Assembly (NCBI RefSeq): GCF_900099895.1
Contig: NZ_FNDY01000009.1
Location: forward strand, 12,025 to 44,024
Source: Paenibacillus naphthalenovorans
GTDB taxonomy: Bacteria; Bacillota; Bacilli; Paenibacillales; NBRC-103111
Direction of reading: 5' to 3'
DNA length: 32,000 bases
In this document: piece by piece, positions 16,090 through 25,590 of the stretch
Layout of the letters: every line of letters starts with the position of its first letter
Numbering within the stretch: position 1 is the first letter of the stretch
Position numbers and translations under genes: made by a program
Notes under the pieces: model-generated
Seen by the model: the letters and a program-made list of their open reading frames with translations, nothing else
What the model was told of the DNA's origin: nothing
The model's database searches: none

Positions 16090-17271
16090 CTAACTGGGGA
16101 GAATATCCCTGTCAAAGATGGAGGTCGGTATCCAAAGGGTGCAGCAGGCATTCGGAACATCGACGATACCGCTGATCCGGCCTTCAACCGGGGCCGTACT
16201 GAGCAGCATGTAAGCTTGTTCGCCAGTTAAGCCCATTGTCGTTTTCAGATAGTCGATAGCGTTCAAGCACGCTCGGCGGTACGCGATGTGGGCGTCAAGG
16301 TAATGCTGCTCCCCCGTTGTCTCATGGACGGAAATGCCCTCAAATACGAGAAACTCCGAGTAATGAGGATCAACCGGCCCAGGCTTAAATACGGGATTTT
16401 CGATGATATTGTATTTGGCCATCCCTCCTTTGATGAGATCGACATGGAGATCCACCCAACCGGCCATTTCGATGCCGCCGCAGAAGGAGATCTCACCATC
16501 CCCTTGTGAAAAATGAAGATCGCCTAATGAAAGCTTGGCACCGTCAACGAAGACGGGGAAATAAATTCGCGTGCCCTTGGACAGATTTTTAATGTCACAG
16601 TTGCCGCCATGCTCCCGAGGCGGAACCGTACGCGCCGCTTCCCGGGCAATCCGGTTGAATTTCTGCCCCTTCAGCGAGCCGAGTACAGCGCTATCCGGTG
16701 AAGGCAGGTTAGCTAATCCGGGCACTCGGTCAGGATTCTTAGCAACAAGCTCCTTTTCCCGTTTGTTCCATTTATCCAGCAAGGCATGGGAAGGGGCGGT
16801 TCCGATTAATCCGGGATGTAAAATTCCGGCAAACTTAACGCCCGGTATATGGCGGGAGGTAGCGTAAATCCCGTGGAAATCCCATATCGATTTTGCCGCA
16901 TCAGGGTAATGATCCGTCAGAAACCCGCCGCCGTTTTGCTTGGCAAAAATGCCGTTAAATCCCCATTGCGACTCCGCAAAGGTACCTATATCCAGAATGT
17001 CCACAACAAGCAAATCTCCCGGCTCCGCACCGTTGACCCAGACCGGTCCGCTTAACACGTGTACGCGATGCAAATTCACATCCCGAATATCAGACGGATC
17101 GTCGTTGTTCTGAATTTGACCATCCGTCCAGTCTTTGCACTCCATACGAAATTCCGTTCCCGGATTGACTGACACGGTGGCCGGGATATCGGGATGCCAG
17201 CGGTTATGCCCGGGAGTCTCCTGCTCCTCCATCGGTTTGTTTAAATCTACACGAAACAATACATCAGCCAT
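16090..17271 (-). CDS. fmdA: Formamidase / acetamidase (FmdA_AmdA family)
   Basis: A 393-aa protein. The N-terminus ...PGHNRWHPDIPA...ECKDWTDGQI...VHVLSGPVWVNGAEPGDLLVVDILDIG is characteristic of the acetamidase/formamidase family. TAAGGAGGAG Shine-Dalgarno. Confidence 0.85.
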   Translation of the reverse strand: MADVLFRVDLNKPMEEQETPGHNRWHPDIPATVSVNPGTEFRMECKDWTDGQIQNNDDPSDIRDVNLHRVHVLSGPVWVNGAEPGDLLVVDILDIGTFAESQWGFNGIFAKQNGGGFLTDHYPDAAKSIWDFHGIYATSRHIPGVKFAGILHPGLIGTAPSHALLDKWNKREKELVAKNPDRVPGLANLPSPDSAVLGSLKGQKFNRIAREAARTVPPREHGGNCDIKNLSKGTRIYFPVFVDGAKLSLGDLHFSQGDGEISFCGGIEMAGWVDLHVDLIKGGMAKYNIIENPVFKPGPVDPHYSEFLVFEGISVHETTGEQHYLDAHIAYRRACLNAIDYLKTTMGLTGEQAYMLLSTAPVEGRISGIVDVPNACCTLWIPTSIFDRDILPS

Positions 17272-17324
17272 TCAAATCTCCTCCTTAACGAATGAAGTCA
17301 ATGAAAGGGAACGATACCATGATC

Positions 17325-17364
17325 AAAAAGGGGCAGGTCGAAATGAAAAGTTCGTCTGCCCCTT
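17325..17364 (-). terminator. Strong intrinsic terminator between amiE and fmdA
   Basis: The minus strand reads AAGGGGCAG-ACGAA-loop-TTCG-(AC)-CTGCCCCTT followed by TTTTTGA. The outer stem has 9 perfect bp, plus an inner 4-bp stem. Confidence 0.65.
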
Positions 17365-17445
17365 ATATCGATCAACTCATACAAGCCCCTCTTGCCTTTC
17401 CGACATTCTCGCCCCTCAAACTATATATAGAGAATGACGGAGATA

Positions 17446-18492
17446 TTATTTCTGTCCAATCAAATTTGTTTTTTCGTTAGGAAGTCCTTCGATTGGACAT
17501 TCTTCGGTTCCAATGGTTGATCTAGTGATCGCTTCTACTTGTTCACGGGCTTTTACAGGGTCGGATACCCATGTTTTATAGAATTCGAACGGGCATTCCG
17601 CAACCCCTTTGTCTCCTTCTCCGGAATGAATGATCCCTGTATATCCTCTGTGCAGAAGTTTAAAGAGATGGTTTTGAGATTGAGCCGTTTTCCTGAAATC
17701 CCGGATCTGGGACATCGAGATCTCTGCATATTGAATACCATTTTCTTCGGTACCGCACTCTCCCAGCGTACGGCCGTCAAAGCCAATGATCGATGAATGG
17801 CCAAAATAAGAATATACTCCATCAAATCCGGAAGCATTGGCTACGGCTACATAGGTGTTGTTAGCCCAAGCCATGGACTTGGCGATCAAAATTTGTTGTT
17901 CTTTGGCAGGATACATATATCCCTGGCATCTTACGATGAGTTCCGCTCCCTTTACGGCACAATCACGCCAAATTTCCGGATAATTTCCATCATCGCAAAC
18001 AATTAAACTGACCTTAAGCCCTTTAGGTCCCTCGCTTACATAGGTCTTATCTCCAGGGTACCAGCCCTCGATCGGAGTCCACGGTATAATTTTTCTATAC
18101 TTTTGGACAATCTCTCCCTTGTTGTTCATAAGAATAAGTGTATTGTACGGTCTTTTATTCGGATGCTCTTCGTGTCTTTCTCCTGTTAATGAGAACACTC
18201 CCCATACATTGGCTTTTCTGCAAGCTTCCGCAAAGATTGCCGTTTCTTCGCCGGGAATCATCGATGCCGTTTCATACATTTCTTTCTCGTCATACATAAT
18301 GCCATGCGTGCTGTATTCCGGAAAAATGACAAGATCCATACCGGGCAAGCCCTGCTTCATACCAACGATCATTTCTGCGATTTTCTTGCAATTCTCCAAT
18401 ACCTCAGATCGGGTATGCAAACGCGGCATTTTGTAATTCACAACCGCTACCCCTACTGTGTCATGACTGCTGGAAATATCCCCATGTCTCAT
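17446..18492 (-). CDS. amiE: Aliphatic amidase (nitrilase superfamily)
   Basis: A 348-aa protein. [24 protein letters not shown]..., FPEYS (Glu), KIIPW (Lys) and [14 protein letters not shown] (Cys) match AmiE of Pseudomonas, Helicobacter and Geobacillus. Confidence 0.9.
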   Translation of the reverse strand: MRHGDISSSHDTVGVAVVNYKMPRLHTRSEVLENCKKIAEMIVGMKQGLPGMDLVIFPEYSTHGIMYDEKEMYETASMIPGEETAIFAEACRKANVWGVFSLTGERHEEHPNKRPYNTLILMNNKGEIVQKYRKIIPWTPIEGWYPGDKTYVSEGPKGLKVSLIVCDDGNYPEIWRDCAVKGAELIVRCQGYMYPAKEQQILIAKSMAWANNTYVAVANASGFDGVYSYFGHSSIIGFDGRTLGECGTEENGIQYAEISMSQIRDFRKTAQSQNHLFKLLHRGYTGIIHSGEGDKGVAECPFEFYKTWVSDPVKAREQVEAITRSTIGTEECPIEGLPNEKTNLIGQK

Positions 18493-18572
18493 ACTGAAAA
18501 ACCCCTCTCATCGTTTGAAATTTAATTGGGACCTGCTTTAAGGAACAGCTCATGCATGCAAAAACTTTTTTT

Positions 18573-20921
18573 TCATTTCAAAAGCTCTTCAAAGGAAAAG
18601 CTGTCCCGTTCAAGTTTTGTTCGGGTAAGAAGCTGAACGGCATTCCATGCTTCATCAAGCGACTGTACCCACACCACATGAATCGTCGGAGGAACCTCGA
18701 TATGCTTGTTGGCAAGCGGGGCAAGTATCGTGCGAATGCCTCCATGCTTGGCGGTCAGCATTTTCCGACCAAAAAAGGCGCATTCTCCGACCATTCCCGC
18801 GACATTCAAACTTCCGCATACCGCTATATCCTCGGGTATGAAAACCCCGTGTTTAGCCGACAACGCCGATAGGGCCATGGCCAGGGTAAAGTCCTCCGTC
18901 CTTTCGCCGGCTGCCGCACCCTCGGTTTCAAAATAATACCGGCCCGATAAGCAATAACGATTCAAGGCTGCTTCTATAGGCAGCACATTCCATTCCCCAG
19001 ACTCCATTTGAGGTACTCTGATTTCGACTTCTGCAGCGGGAACAACGGCAGTCCAGATCTGTATGATTTGACCGGCGGTTTCCTTATAATTCGACAGGAC
19101 TTTGATCTTGCCCGGGGATGGCTGACGAAGCAAAGGCTTTAATCCGTTTCGTTCACGCCATACCCTCTGTTCTTCAATAGAGCGGGAAAAATGTCCGGCT
19201 CTCTTCACATGTTCCGCAAGCACAAGCGCTGCTCCTGACTGTACGGCCAAATCCCCGGCCGAACGGATCCGCCCGCCCAATTCACGGAATCGGGTGGACA
19301 AACGGTCGGGACATTCCGCTATTCGCCTCGCACACTCGATCACGGCCTCGACGGCCTCCCGTGTAAAATGCGGAATTTTGCCATCCCTTCGAATTTCCTG
19401 GGCGACAAACAAAGCCAGCTTATACCGGTTCTCCTCCGTATCCGACATCGTCTCATTCATATAGACCTCGTACCCATAACCGCGGATTCTTGACCGCAAT
19501 GCGGGATGGATCTTGTCGACATCAGGCACATTTCCGGCAATCACCATCACAAAATCACTGGGAACGGGCTCCGTGCGAACCATGGTTCCGCTGGAACCGG
19601 GGGAACGCCCGGTAATGGCCAGCTTCTTTTCCTGAAACGCCGTAAGCAAAGCCTGCTGCGATTCTAACGAGAGCATCGCGACCTCATCGATGAACAGCAC
19701 ACCTTTATGGGCAAGATGAATGGCTCCAGGCTCAACCAAGTGATGGGGCTTGGATTCCAAGCCGCCGGATTGATACGGGTCATGGCGAACATCTCCAAGC
19801 AGCGCTCCTGCATGCAGTCCCGTTGCATCGATAAATGGCGCTTTAACCTTGCCGGAGTTATTCACCAGATAGTTGGGAATTTGCTCCGAAGGCTTAGCCT
19901 TCAGCGATTTTGCAAACCAAACGATCATGACCGTCAGAATCAGGCTGCCCATGATGTAGACGGGATTTTCCCTGGTATAAGCATAAAAGGCACCCACAAT
20001 CAACGTAACGGCCCCGGCAAAGCCTAATATCCAGCGCAGAGAAGAAACATTCGTCCGAAATTCCCGTTCCCGCTGCCTGACTACCGCTTCTCCATGTCCC
20101 GCCGACAAGACCTTTACCTTGGGCATGTTGTTCGCTTTTCCCCTTGCCTCCACGATGATGTCCTCTAAGTTGGAGGCCGGCAAAAGCTCAGCCATCGCCT
20201 GCCCCAGCATACTTTTACCCGTTCCGGGTTCGCCGATGAGCAAAACCGACCGTTTTTGCCGTGCCGCCAGCCGAATGATGGCTACGGCTTCATCCTGGCC
20301 AACCACTTGATCGATCAAACGGCTGGCAACGGGGAGATCGGCAGTTGTCTTGAAATCCATGGCGGGTACAGGGAACGGTTCCTCTTCGAGTAAATGAGGA
20401 GAGAGATAGCGTTCGAACAAGGCTTTTACTTTCGGCGAAGCATCCCTGCCCATGGGTTTGACCAACGGCAGCAGCCGCTTGCGCAAAACAGGATTTTGCA
20501 ACAAAGGGATTAACGTCATGGCGGCCGTCTGGCGGACTTCAGCCGAATCATCGTGAAAGGCGCTTTCCCAAAAACGCCACACCCGATCAAAATCTGCCTC
20601 CATAGCCGAGACCATTCCCTTTGCCGTTGCCTCTCTTACATAAAGGTGTTTATCCGCCGCAAGCCGCATCCAGATCCGGATCACTTCTTCCGCTTCATCA
20701 TCCAGAAAACGGCCGATTTCCCTCCCCACAACATAACGAAGCACCCAGCGCGGATCATTGGCAAAATGGCGCAGCGTTTGGTACAATTGGCCCCGTTTTT
20801 CCTGATAACGGATGAATGATGAAATGGTATGTTCCAGCTGCGCGACTTTTCGTGCTTTAGCAAATCGGTCCATGACAGCAGCAAACAGATGATTGACGAA
20901 ATCGCCCACGGGTAAAACCAC
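18573..20921 (-). CDS. LonB-architecture AAA+ protein with a HEAT-like N-terminal domain, a TM hairpin inserted in the ATPase, and a Lon-protease-like C-domain lacking an obvious catalytic Ser motif
   Basis: Walker A is LLIGEPGTGKS. Two hydrophobic helices follow (WILGFAGAVTLIVGAFYAY and IMGSLILTVMIVWFA), then Walker B VLFIDEV, as in archaeal-type LonB. The N-terminal ~190 aa have HEAT-like VRxxAA repeats. The C-domain aligns with the Lon S16 domain. The start is uncertain: GTG 20921, or GTG 20909 after AAGGTGG. Confidence 0.7.
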   Translation of the reverse strand: MVLPVGDFVNHLFAAVMDRFAKARKVAQLEHTISSFIRYQEKRGQLYQTLRHFANDPRWVLRYVVGREIGRFLDDEAEEVIRIWMRLAADKHLYVREATAKGMVSAMEADFDRVWRFWESAFHDDSAEVRQTAAMTLIPLLQNPVLRKRLLPLVKPMGRDASPKVKALFERYLSPHLLEEEPFPVPAMDFKTTADLPVASRLIDQVVGQDEAVAIIRLAARQKRSVLLIGEPGTGKSMLGQAMAELLPASNLEDIIVEARGKANNMPKVKVLSAGHGEAVVRQREREFRTNVSSLRWILGFAGAVTLIVGAFYAYTRENPVYIMGSLILTVMIVWFAKSLKAKPSEQIPNYLVNNSGKVKAPFIDATGLHAGALLGDVRHDPYQSGGLESKPHHLVEPGAIHLAHKGVLFIDEVAMLSLESQQALLTAFQEKKLAITGRSPGSSGTMVRTEPVPSDFVMVIAGNVPDVDKIHPALRSRIRGYGYEVYMNETMSDTEENRYKLALFVAQEIRRDGKIPHFTREAVEAVIECARRIAECPDRLSTRFRELGGRIRSAGDLAVQSGAALVLAEHVKRAGHFSRSIEEQRVWRERNGLKPLLRQPSPGKIKVLSNYKETAGQIIQIWTAVVPAAEVEIRVPQMESGEWNVLPIEAALNRYCLSGRYYFETEGAAAGERTEDFTLAMALSALSAKHGVFIPEDIAVCGSLNVAGMVGECAFFGRKMLTAKHGGIRTILAPLANKHIEVPPTIHVVWVQSLDEAWNAVQLLTRTKLERDSFSFEELLK

Positions 20922-20922
20922 C

Positions 20923-21114
20923 TTAATGGCAGGGAATAAACATTAACGCATGCCGCAATTCATGGAGCGCATCATGGACGGGAGCATATCCGGATAAGAG
21001 TGCGGTATAAAGCACCATCCCGGCCAAGAAGGCAACGGCGGTCAATTGTGCCGGAAGGGACAAAAATACCTTTTCGAAGGCATGCTTCTTTTCATGCGTG
21101 TAGCTCTGTGACAT
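20923..21114 (-). CDS. cbtB: CbtB-like small membrane protein (putative cobalt/metal transporter subunit)
   Basis: A 63-aa protein with a single TM helix. The C-terminus VHDALHELRHALMFIPCH matches the CbtB family ending (H..AHD.RH...FPCH) as I recall it. AAAGGAGGGG Shine-Dalgarno. Confidence 0.55.
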   Translation of the reverse strand: MSQSYTHEKKHAFEKVFLSLPAQLTAVAFLAGMVLYTALLSGYAPVHDALHELRHALMFIPCH

Positions 21115-21613
21115 GGGAATCCCCTCCTTTGGATAAACGTTGGGCTTTCCATATGGCGGATAAGCCTACACCCGCTGCCATCCCGATGGCAATCGTCGCC
21201 AGCAGAAAAATCATGGTTTTGATTTTGACCGACATCGGAGGATGAAACGCCTCCACTCCCACGGTTGTTTTCTTTTCAGCCAGCACGGAACCATTCGCCG
21301 GATGGATCGCCTGAACGGTTATTTCATGTTCGGTGCCGTCGAAAAATTGCATCCCGAATTTATAGCTGCCATCATTCGAGCGATTTTGGAGAGACAGGAT
21401 GTGCGCCCCATCTTCGAGTTTGACGGCCTGAAAACGAACTTCAACGGGGTCACTGCCGATATGATCAAAGGTGCCTTCCAAATAAAAGAGTTGACCGACC
21501 CGGGCATGATGCTCGCTCGCATGTGTCTCTTGGGATTCATGGGCGAGGACGGTTGCAGACATGAGCATCATCAATAAAACGGAACTCAAACCGAACCAAT
21601 GCCTACGCCGCAT
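21092..21613 (-). CDS. Signal-peptide protein with a His-rich N-terminal segment, a beta-rich domain and a C-terminal TM anchor
   Basis: The preferred start is ATG 21613, after GAAGGAGGGG. MRRRHWFGLSSVLLMMLMSATVLA is a signal peptide, followed by HESQETHASEHHA. The C-terminal anchor is MIFLLATIAIGMAAGVGLSAIW. The architecture matches the upstream neighbour. Confidence 0.5.
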   Translation of the reverse strand: MRRRHWFGLSSVLLMMLMSATVLAHESQETHASEHHARVGQLFYLEGTFDHIGSDPVEVRFQAVKLEDGAHILSLQNRSNDGSYKFGMQFFDGTEHEITVQAIHPANGSVLAEKKTTVGVEAFHPPMSVKIKTMIFLLATIAIGMAAGVGLSAIWKAQRLSKGGDSHVTELHA

Positions 21614-22118
21614 GGATACCCCTCCTTCTTCTCGATAGTCCAAAACCGGCGAGCAATCCGAAGAATGCTAACATCGCCATGAAGATCAAAGCATTTTGAA
21701 CCTCTTTGGGATTTTCCTCAATGGTGACGGCAAATTGACGACTGCCTTCAGGATGACCGTTCTCATCGAACCATTCGACCGATAAAGGATACTCCCCGCG
21801 AATCGGAAACATATATTGAAACGACGCCTTTCCATCCCGGATGGCCACCGTAGAATCGATTAATTCCGTCCCTTCCACCCAAGGAAAATCGGTTGAGACA
21901 AACTTCTTCTCCGGACTCCGCAGGCGAATATGCGCTGAACCGTCCCGAATGGCCGGTATGCTCAGTTCTACTGTGGCATTATCCAAATCCGGACGAACCG
22001 CTCCCGCCGGTCCATTTTTCACTTCTACATTGACTTCCTGCTCTGCAAATGCCGATGATAAGGAAATCATTCCAACCGCCAGCACCGCCAGGCATCCCAC
22101 GATTAAGCCTTTTTTCAT
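21603..22118 (-). CDS. Signal-peptide protein with a beta-rich extracytoplasmic domain and a C-terminal TM anchor
   Basis: MKKGLIVGCLAVLAVGMISLSSAFA is a signal peptide. The C-terminal anchor is ALIFMAMLAFFGLLAGFGLS followed by RRRR. I recognise no family. It is similar in layout to the 21092-21613 product. Confidence 0.5.
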   Translation of the reverse strand: MKKGLIVGCLAVLAVGMISLSSAFAEQEVNVEVKNGPAGAVRPDLDNATVELSIPAIRDGSAHIRLRSPEKKFVSTDFPWVEGTELIDSTVAIRDGKASFQYMFPIRGEYPLSVEWFDENGHPEGSRQFAVTIEENPKEVQNALIFMAMLAFFGLLAGFGLSRRRRGIHAA

Positions 22119-22232
22119 CCGCCTCAGCCCCTATAAGTCATGATTTGAGTGACATCATTAGAAAGAGAACTAGCCCATTACAGTGGCGGAACCGTTCAAC
22201 ATTTGCGCCTGATCCCCCGTTATGCAGCTTTC

Positions 22233-24338
22233 TCATTCAACACGCTCGCAAGCGATCTCCCGGAGTCTGGCTGCAGCTTGGTCGGCGCCCACAGGCTGCT
22301 CGCAGGCAAACCCCCGGCAAAGATAAACGGTCGTTCGCCCGTTTTGCAGCCGGTACTCCTTTAACCAGGGGATGGCCTCCGCCATGCGCTCGCCCTCCGC
22401 GTCCGCGGGCTTTGCAATCCACACGGCCCGGGGCAAAAACAGCGAACGCACCTCTGCCAGCAGCCTCTCTTGCTCCGGATCTTCCCGCTCGCCGACCACC
22501 ACGACCTCCTGGGATGGCCCGAGAGCGATATCCCAAGCCGATAAGAGAAAGGTGTGAGCTGCGGGGAACCGTTCCACCTCCCCGGCCAAGGCCTTCAATT
22601 GCGCATCCGCCCTCTCTTCCCACCGCGTATTCCCGGTCATCCGGGCGAGCCACAACATATCCATTGCAAAGACAGCGTTGCCGGACGGCATCATCCCGTC
22701 ATGACTTACCTTCGGCCGGGCCCAAAGAGACTCCGCGTCCGAACCGGTCAGAAAACAACCGCCGCTCTCGTCATCCCAGAAAAGCCCCCAGACATCTTCC
22801 GCCAGCTCCTCCGCCTTTACAACCCATTCCACCTCCCCGGACGCCTGATAAAGCTCAAGAAGCCCCCAGATATAAAAGGCATAGTCGTCCAAATAGCCGG
22901 GAATCCCTGCATCGCCGTCCCGATACCGGGCCAACAGTCGACCGTCGTTCCGACGCATCGCCTTCCACAGCCACGAGGCCGCACGGCAAGCCGCCGACAG
23001 ATACCGGGGATCGCCCAACACCCGGTACCCCCGCGAAAAGGCGGCGATCATCAATCCGTTCCAGGCCGTGAGGATTTTGTCGTCCTTGTGCGGGCGCTCC
23101 CGCCCCTCGCGTGCCTCCCACAGCTTCCGCCGCGCTTGTTCCATCCGCTCCTCCAGGACTTCCGGCGCCAGCCCGAATTCCCGCGCCACCGCCTCCGAAT
23201 CCGTGTCGATCGTGTGAAGCACCGAAGTGCCGCGCTCAAAATTCCCCTCCTCGGTCACGCCGTAATACCGGCAGGCCATCCGGCCCGCCTCCTCTCCCAG
23301 CACGCGGCAGATATCATCCGGCGTCCAAACATAAAACTGGCCCTCCTTGCCCTCTGTATCGGCATCCTCCGCCGAATAAAACCCTCCTTCCGGGCTCGTC
23401 ATGTCCCGCAGCACATAGCTGAAAATCTCCTGTGCTACCTGAGCCCAACGGGACGTTCCTGCCGCCTGATACCCTTCCAAATAGGCCAGCGCCAATAGGG
23501 CGTTATCATAGAGCATCTTCTCAAAATGCGGGATCAGCCACAGCTTGTCGGTGGCGTAACGGGAAAATCCGTAGCCCAGATGGTCATAAATGCCTCCCCG
23601 CCACATTCCCCGCAGATTGCCCTCCACCATGTTCAATGCATCCTCACGCCCGGTTCTGGCGTAAAACCGGAGCAGAAACATCAACTCGTGGGGACGCGGA
23701 AATTTCGGCGCCCCGCCGAACCCGCCGTAAGTCTCGTCATACCTAGAACGAACGTAATCGAAGGCCAAAGCCATCGCCCCGGTGTTTACCTCTCCGCGAG
23801 CCGCCGGATGCATCCCCGTGGTCAGCTTGCGCACAACGTCACGACCGGTCTGCCGCAGGCGATCCCGATCGGTCTTCCACAGGTCGGCCGTCCTCTGCAG
23901 CAGATCCATTAACCCATGCCGCCCGTGCCGGCTCTGTTTCGGAAAATAGGTCCCGCTGAAAAAAGGTTCCTTCTCCGGGGTCATGAACACGGTCAAAGGC
24001 CAGCCTCCCTGCCCGGTCATCCCCTGGCATACTCTCATATAGAGATGGTCCACGTCCGGCCGTTCCTCCCGGTCCACTTTGATCGACACGAAATGGCGGT
24101 TGAGCAGCTCCGCCACCTCCGGGTCTTCGAAGGACTCCCGCTCCATCACGTGACACCAGTGGCACGTACTGTACCCGATGCTGAGGAAAACGGGCCGATC
24201 CTCATCCTTCGCCTTCTCAAAGGCCTCTTCCCCCCATGGATACCAATCTACGGGGTTATGCGCATGCTGCAGCAGATACGGGCTTTTTTCACGAATCAAG
24301 GGGTTCGTGTACCGGTGTTTGCGGCTGTCTTGAGCCAT
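22233..24338 (-). CDS. YyaL/SPATA20-type thioredoxin-domain protein (COG1331, DUF255 plus a six-hairpin domain)
   Basis: [58 protein letters not shown] is the hallmark N-terminus of this family. GGGAGGTGG Shine-Dalgarno. Confidence 0.85.
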   Translation of the reverse strand: MAQDSRKHRYTNPLIREKSPYLLQHAHNPVDWYPWGEEAFEKAKDEDRPVFLSIGYSTCHWCHVMERESFEDPEVAELLNRHFVSIKVDREERPDVDHLYMRVCQGMTGQGGWPLTVFMTPEKEPFFSGTYFPKQSRHGRHGLMDLLQRTADLWKTDRDRLRQTGRDVVRKLTTGMHPAARGEVNTGAMALAFDYVRSRYDETYGGFGGAPKFPRPHELMFLLRFYARTGREDALNMVEGNLRGMWRGGIYDHLGYGFSRYATDKLWLIPHFEKMLYDNALLALAYLEGYQAAGTSRWAQVAQEIFSYVLRDMTSPEGGFYSAEDADTEGKEGQFYVWTPDDICRVLGEEAGRMACRYYGVTEEGNFERGTSVLHTIDTDSEAVAREFGLAPEVLEERMEQARRKLWEAREGRERPHKDDKILTAWNGLMIAAFSRGYRVLGDPRYLSAACRAASWLWKAMRRNDGRLLARYRDGDAGIPGYLDDYAFYIWGLLELYQASGEVEWVVKAEELAEDVWGLFWDDESGGCFLTGSDAESLWARPKVSHDGMMPSGNAVFAMDMLWLARMTGNTRWEERADAQLKALAGEVERFPAAHTFLLSAWDIALGPSQEVVVVGEREDPEQERLLAEVRSLFLPRAVWIAKPADAEGERMAEAIPWLKEYRLQNGRTTVYLCRGFACEQPVGADQAAARLREIACERVE

Positions 24339-24451
24339 CTTGGTCTGCCACCTCCCTGAACGCTTTTCTTATATTCCGGCACCCGCTTGCCAAAAGAGCC
24401 ATGTCTTCCACCAAAGCGAAGACGGAGCTTATCGATCCGGACAGCGGTCCT

Positions 24452-25456
24452 TCATTCGCTGGACACAACGCATTGGGCAAAGCCCTGCATAAACTTATCC
24501 CGGTCCAGATTGCGCCCGATGACCACGTACTCGCTATGCCGGGGTTCTTCCGGCTCCCGGTTCTCTTCCCGGCGCAGAGACGTCAGCATACGCACACTCT
24601 GGAAGACCAGCCGCTCCGAATATCCCCGGGCCCGGAAGATGCCTTTTGTACGATAGACATCCTCGCCGTGTTCCAGAAGAACCCCGTTGAACCATTCCAT
24701 GAACCGGTTCATATCGACGGGACGGTCCGTCCGCAGAACAAAAGACGCCACTTCATCGTCGTGCTCGTGTTCCACATCGTCCAAAAACGCGGGATCGACC
24801 TCCAGCTTGGCGGCCAACTCGAAGGCGCTGACCCCGAGAATCTTGTCGAGTTCGATATTCGCGAATTGAGTGTGATACAGTCTGGCCATCGGATTAAGGG
24901 CTCGGATCCGCTGTTCCACGCGCTCTAATTGGGGTTTCGGCACCAGATCGGTCTTGTTCAGCAGGATGATGTCGGCGAAGGCCGACTGTTCCCGGGCCTC
25001 GACGCTGTCTTCCAAATTGCGCTCCAGGTTGACTGCGTCGGCTACCGTAATAAACGAGTCCAGTTGAAACCGGGACTTGATCTCATCGACAATAAAGAAC
25101 GCAGAAGCGACCGGGGCGGGGTCCGCCAGACCCGTCGTTTCGATCAACACGGCATCGAGTTCGGAGCGCCGGGCCAGATCCGTCAGGGTCCGGACCAGGT
25201 CCTCCCGAACGGTACAACACAGACAACCGTTATTAAATTCCACCAGCTCCTCGTTATCCTCGGTGACCACCAGCTGTCCATCTATGCTGATCTCACCGAA
25301 CTCATTGACGATAACCGCCACTTTGTACCCGTGCCGACCATGCAGGATATGATTGAGAAGGGTTGTTTTTCCCGACCCCAGGAATCCCGTCACTACGGTA
25401 ACCGGAATCCGCTCCGGTGAATATAGCTGTTGTACCATTATCGCCACCGCCTCCAT
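24452..25456 (-). CDS. CobW/COG0523 (G3E family) GTPase metallochaperone
   Basis: The P-loop is VVTGFLGSGKTTLLNHIL. The metal-binding motif is NGCLCCTVREDL. An acidic/His stretch reads VEHEHDDEV. An alternative start is ATG 25438. Confidence 0.85.
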   Translation of the reverse strand: MEAVAIMVQQLYSPERIPVTVVTGFLGSGKTTLLNHILHGRHGYKVAVIVNEFGEISIDGQLVVTEDNEELVEFNNGCLCCTVREDLVRTLTDLARRSELDAVLIETTGLADPAPVASAFFIVDEIKSRFQLDSFITVADAVNLERNLEDSVEAREQSAFADIILLNKTDLVPKPQLERVEQRIRALNPMARLYHTQFANIELDKILGVSAFELAAKLEVDPAFLDDVEHEHDDEVASFVLRTDRPVDMNRFMEWFNGVLLEHGEDVYRTKGIFRARGYSERLVFQSVRMLTSLRREENREPEEPRHSEYVVIGRNLDRDKFMQGFAQCVVSSE

Positions 25457-25590
25457 TAGCTCATTAACTTGCCTCTATCCGCCGCCACGACGCTTCCCCA
25501 AGCGGAATGGAGGATAAGCGCCGGACACGCGGGCGGCATAGGTTAGCCGCCTGCGTATCCAGCCGTTTCGGTTTACATCTCCCTGTGGGG

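Noticed and set aside
22049-23498. Long plus-strand ORFs (340 aa and 314 aa), very rich in Pro, Arg and Ala
   Set aside because: They are antisense to the clearly homologous YyaL gene. Their low-complexity composition is typical of shadow ORFs in GC-rich coding DNA, and they have no Shine-Dalgarno sequence. The same reasoning applies to 23111-24359, 24236-25420, 25507-26079, 26290-27290 and 28113-29207.
24377-24392. A second sigma-54-like motif (minus strand TGGCAAGCGGGTGCCG) upstream of yyaL
   Set aside because: The GG-to-GC spacing is one nucleotide short of the canonical -24/-12 geometry, and the -12 region is TGCC rather than TTGC. It is probably fortuitous.
25529-25554. An intercistronic hairpin (GCGGGCGGC-8 nt-GCCGCCTGC) between tubulin-like gene B and cobW
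   Set aside because: The stem has 8 of 9 bp and no U-tract follows. It could be an mRNA stability element, but nothing supports a specific call.
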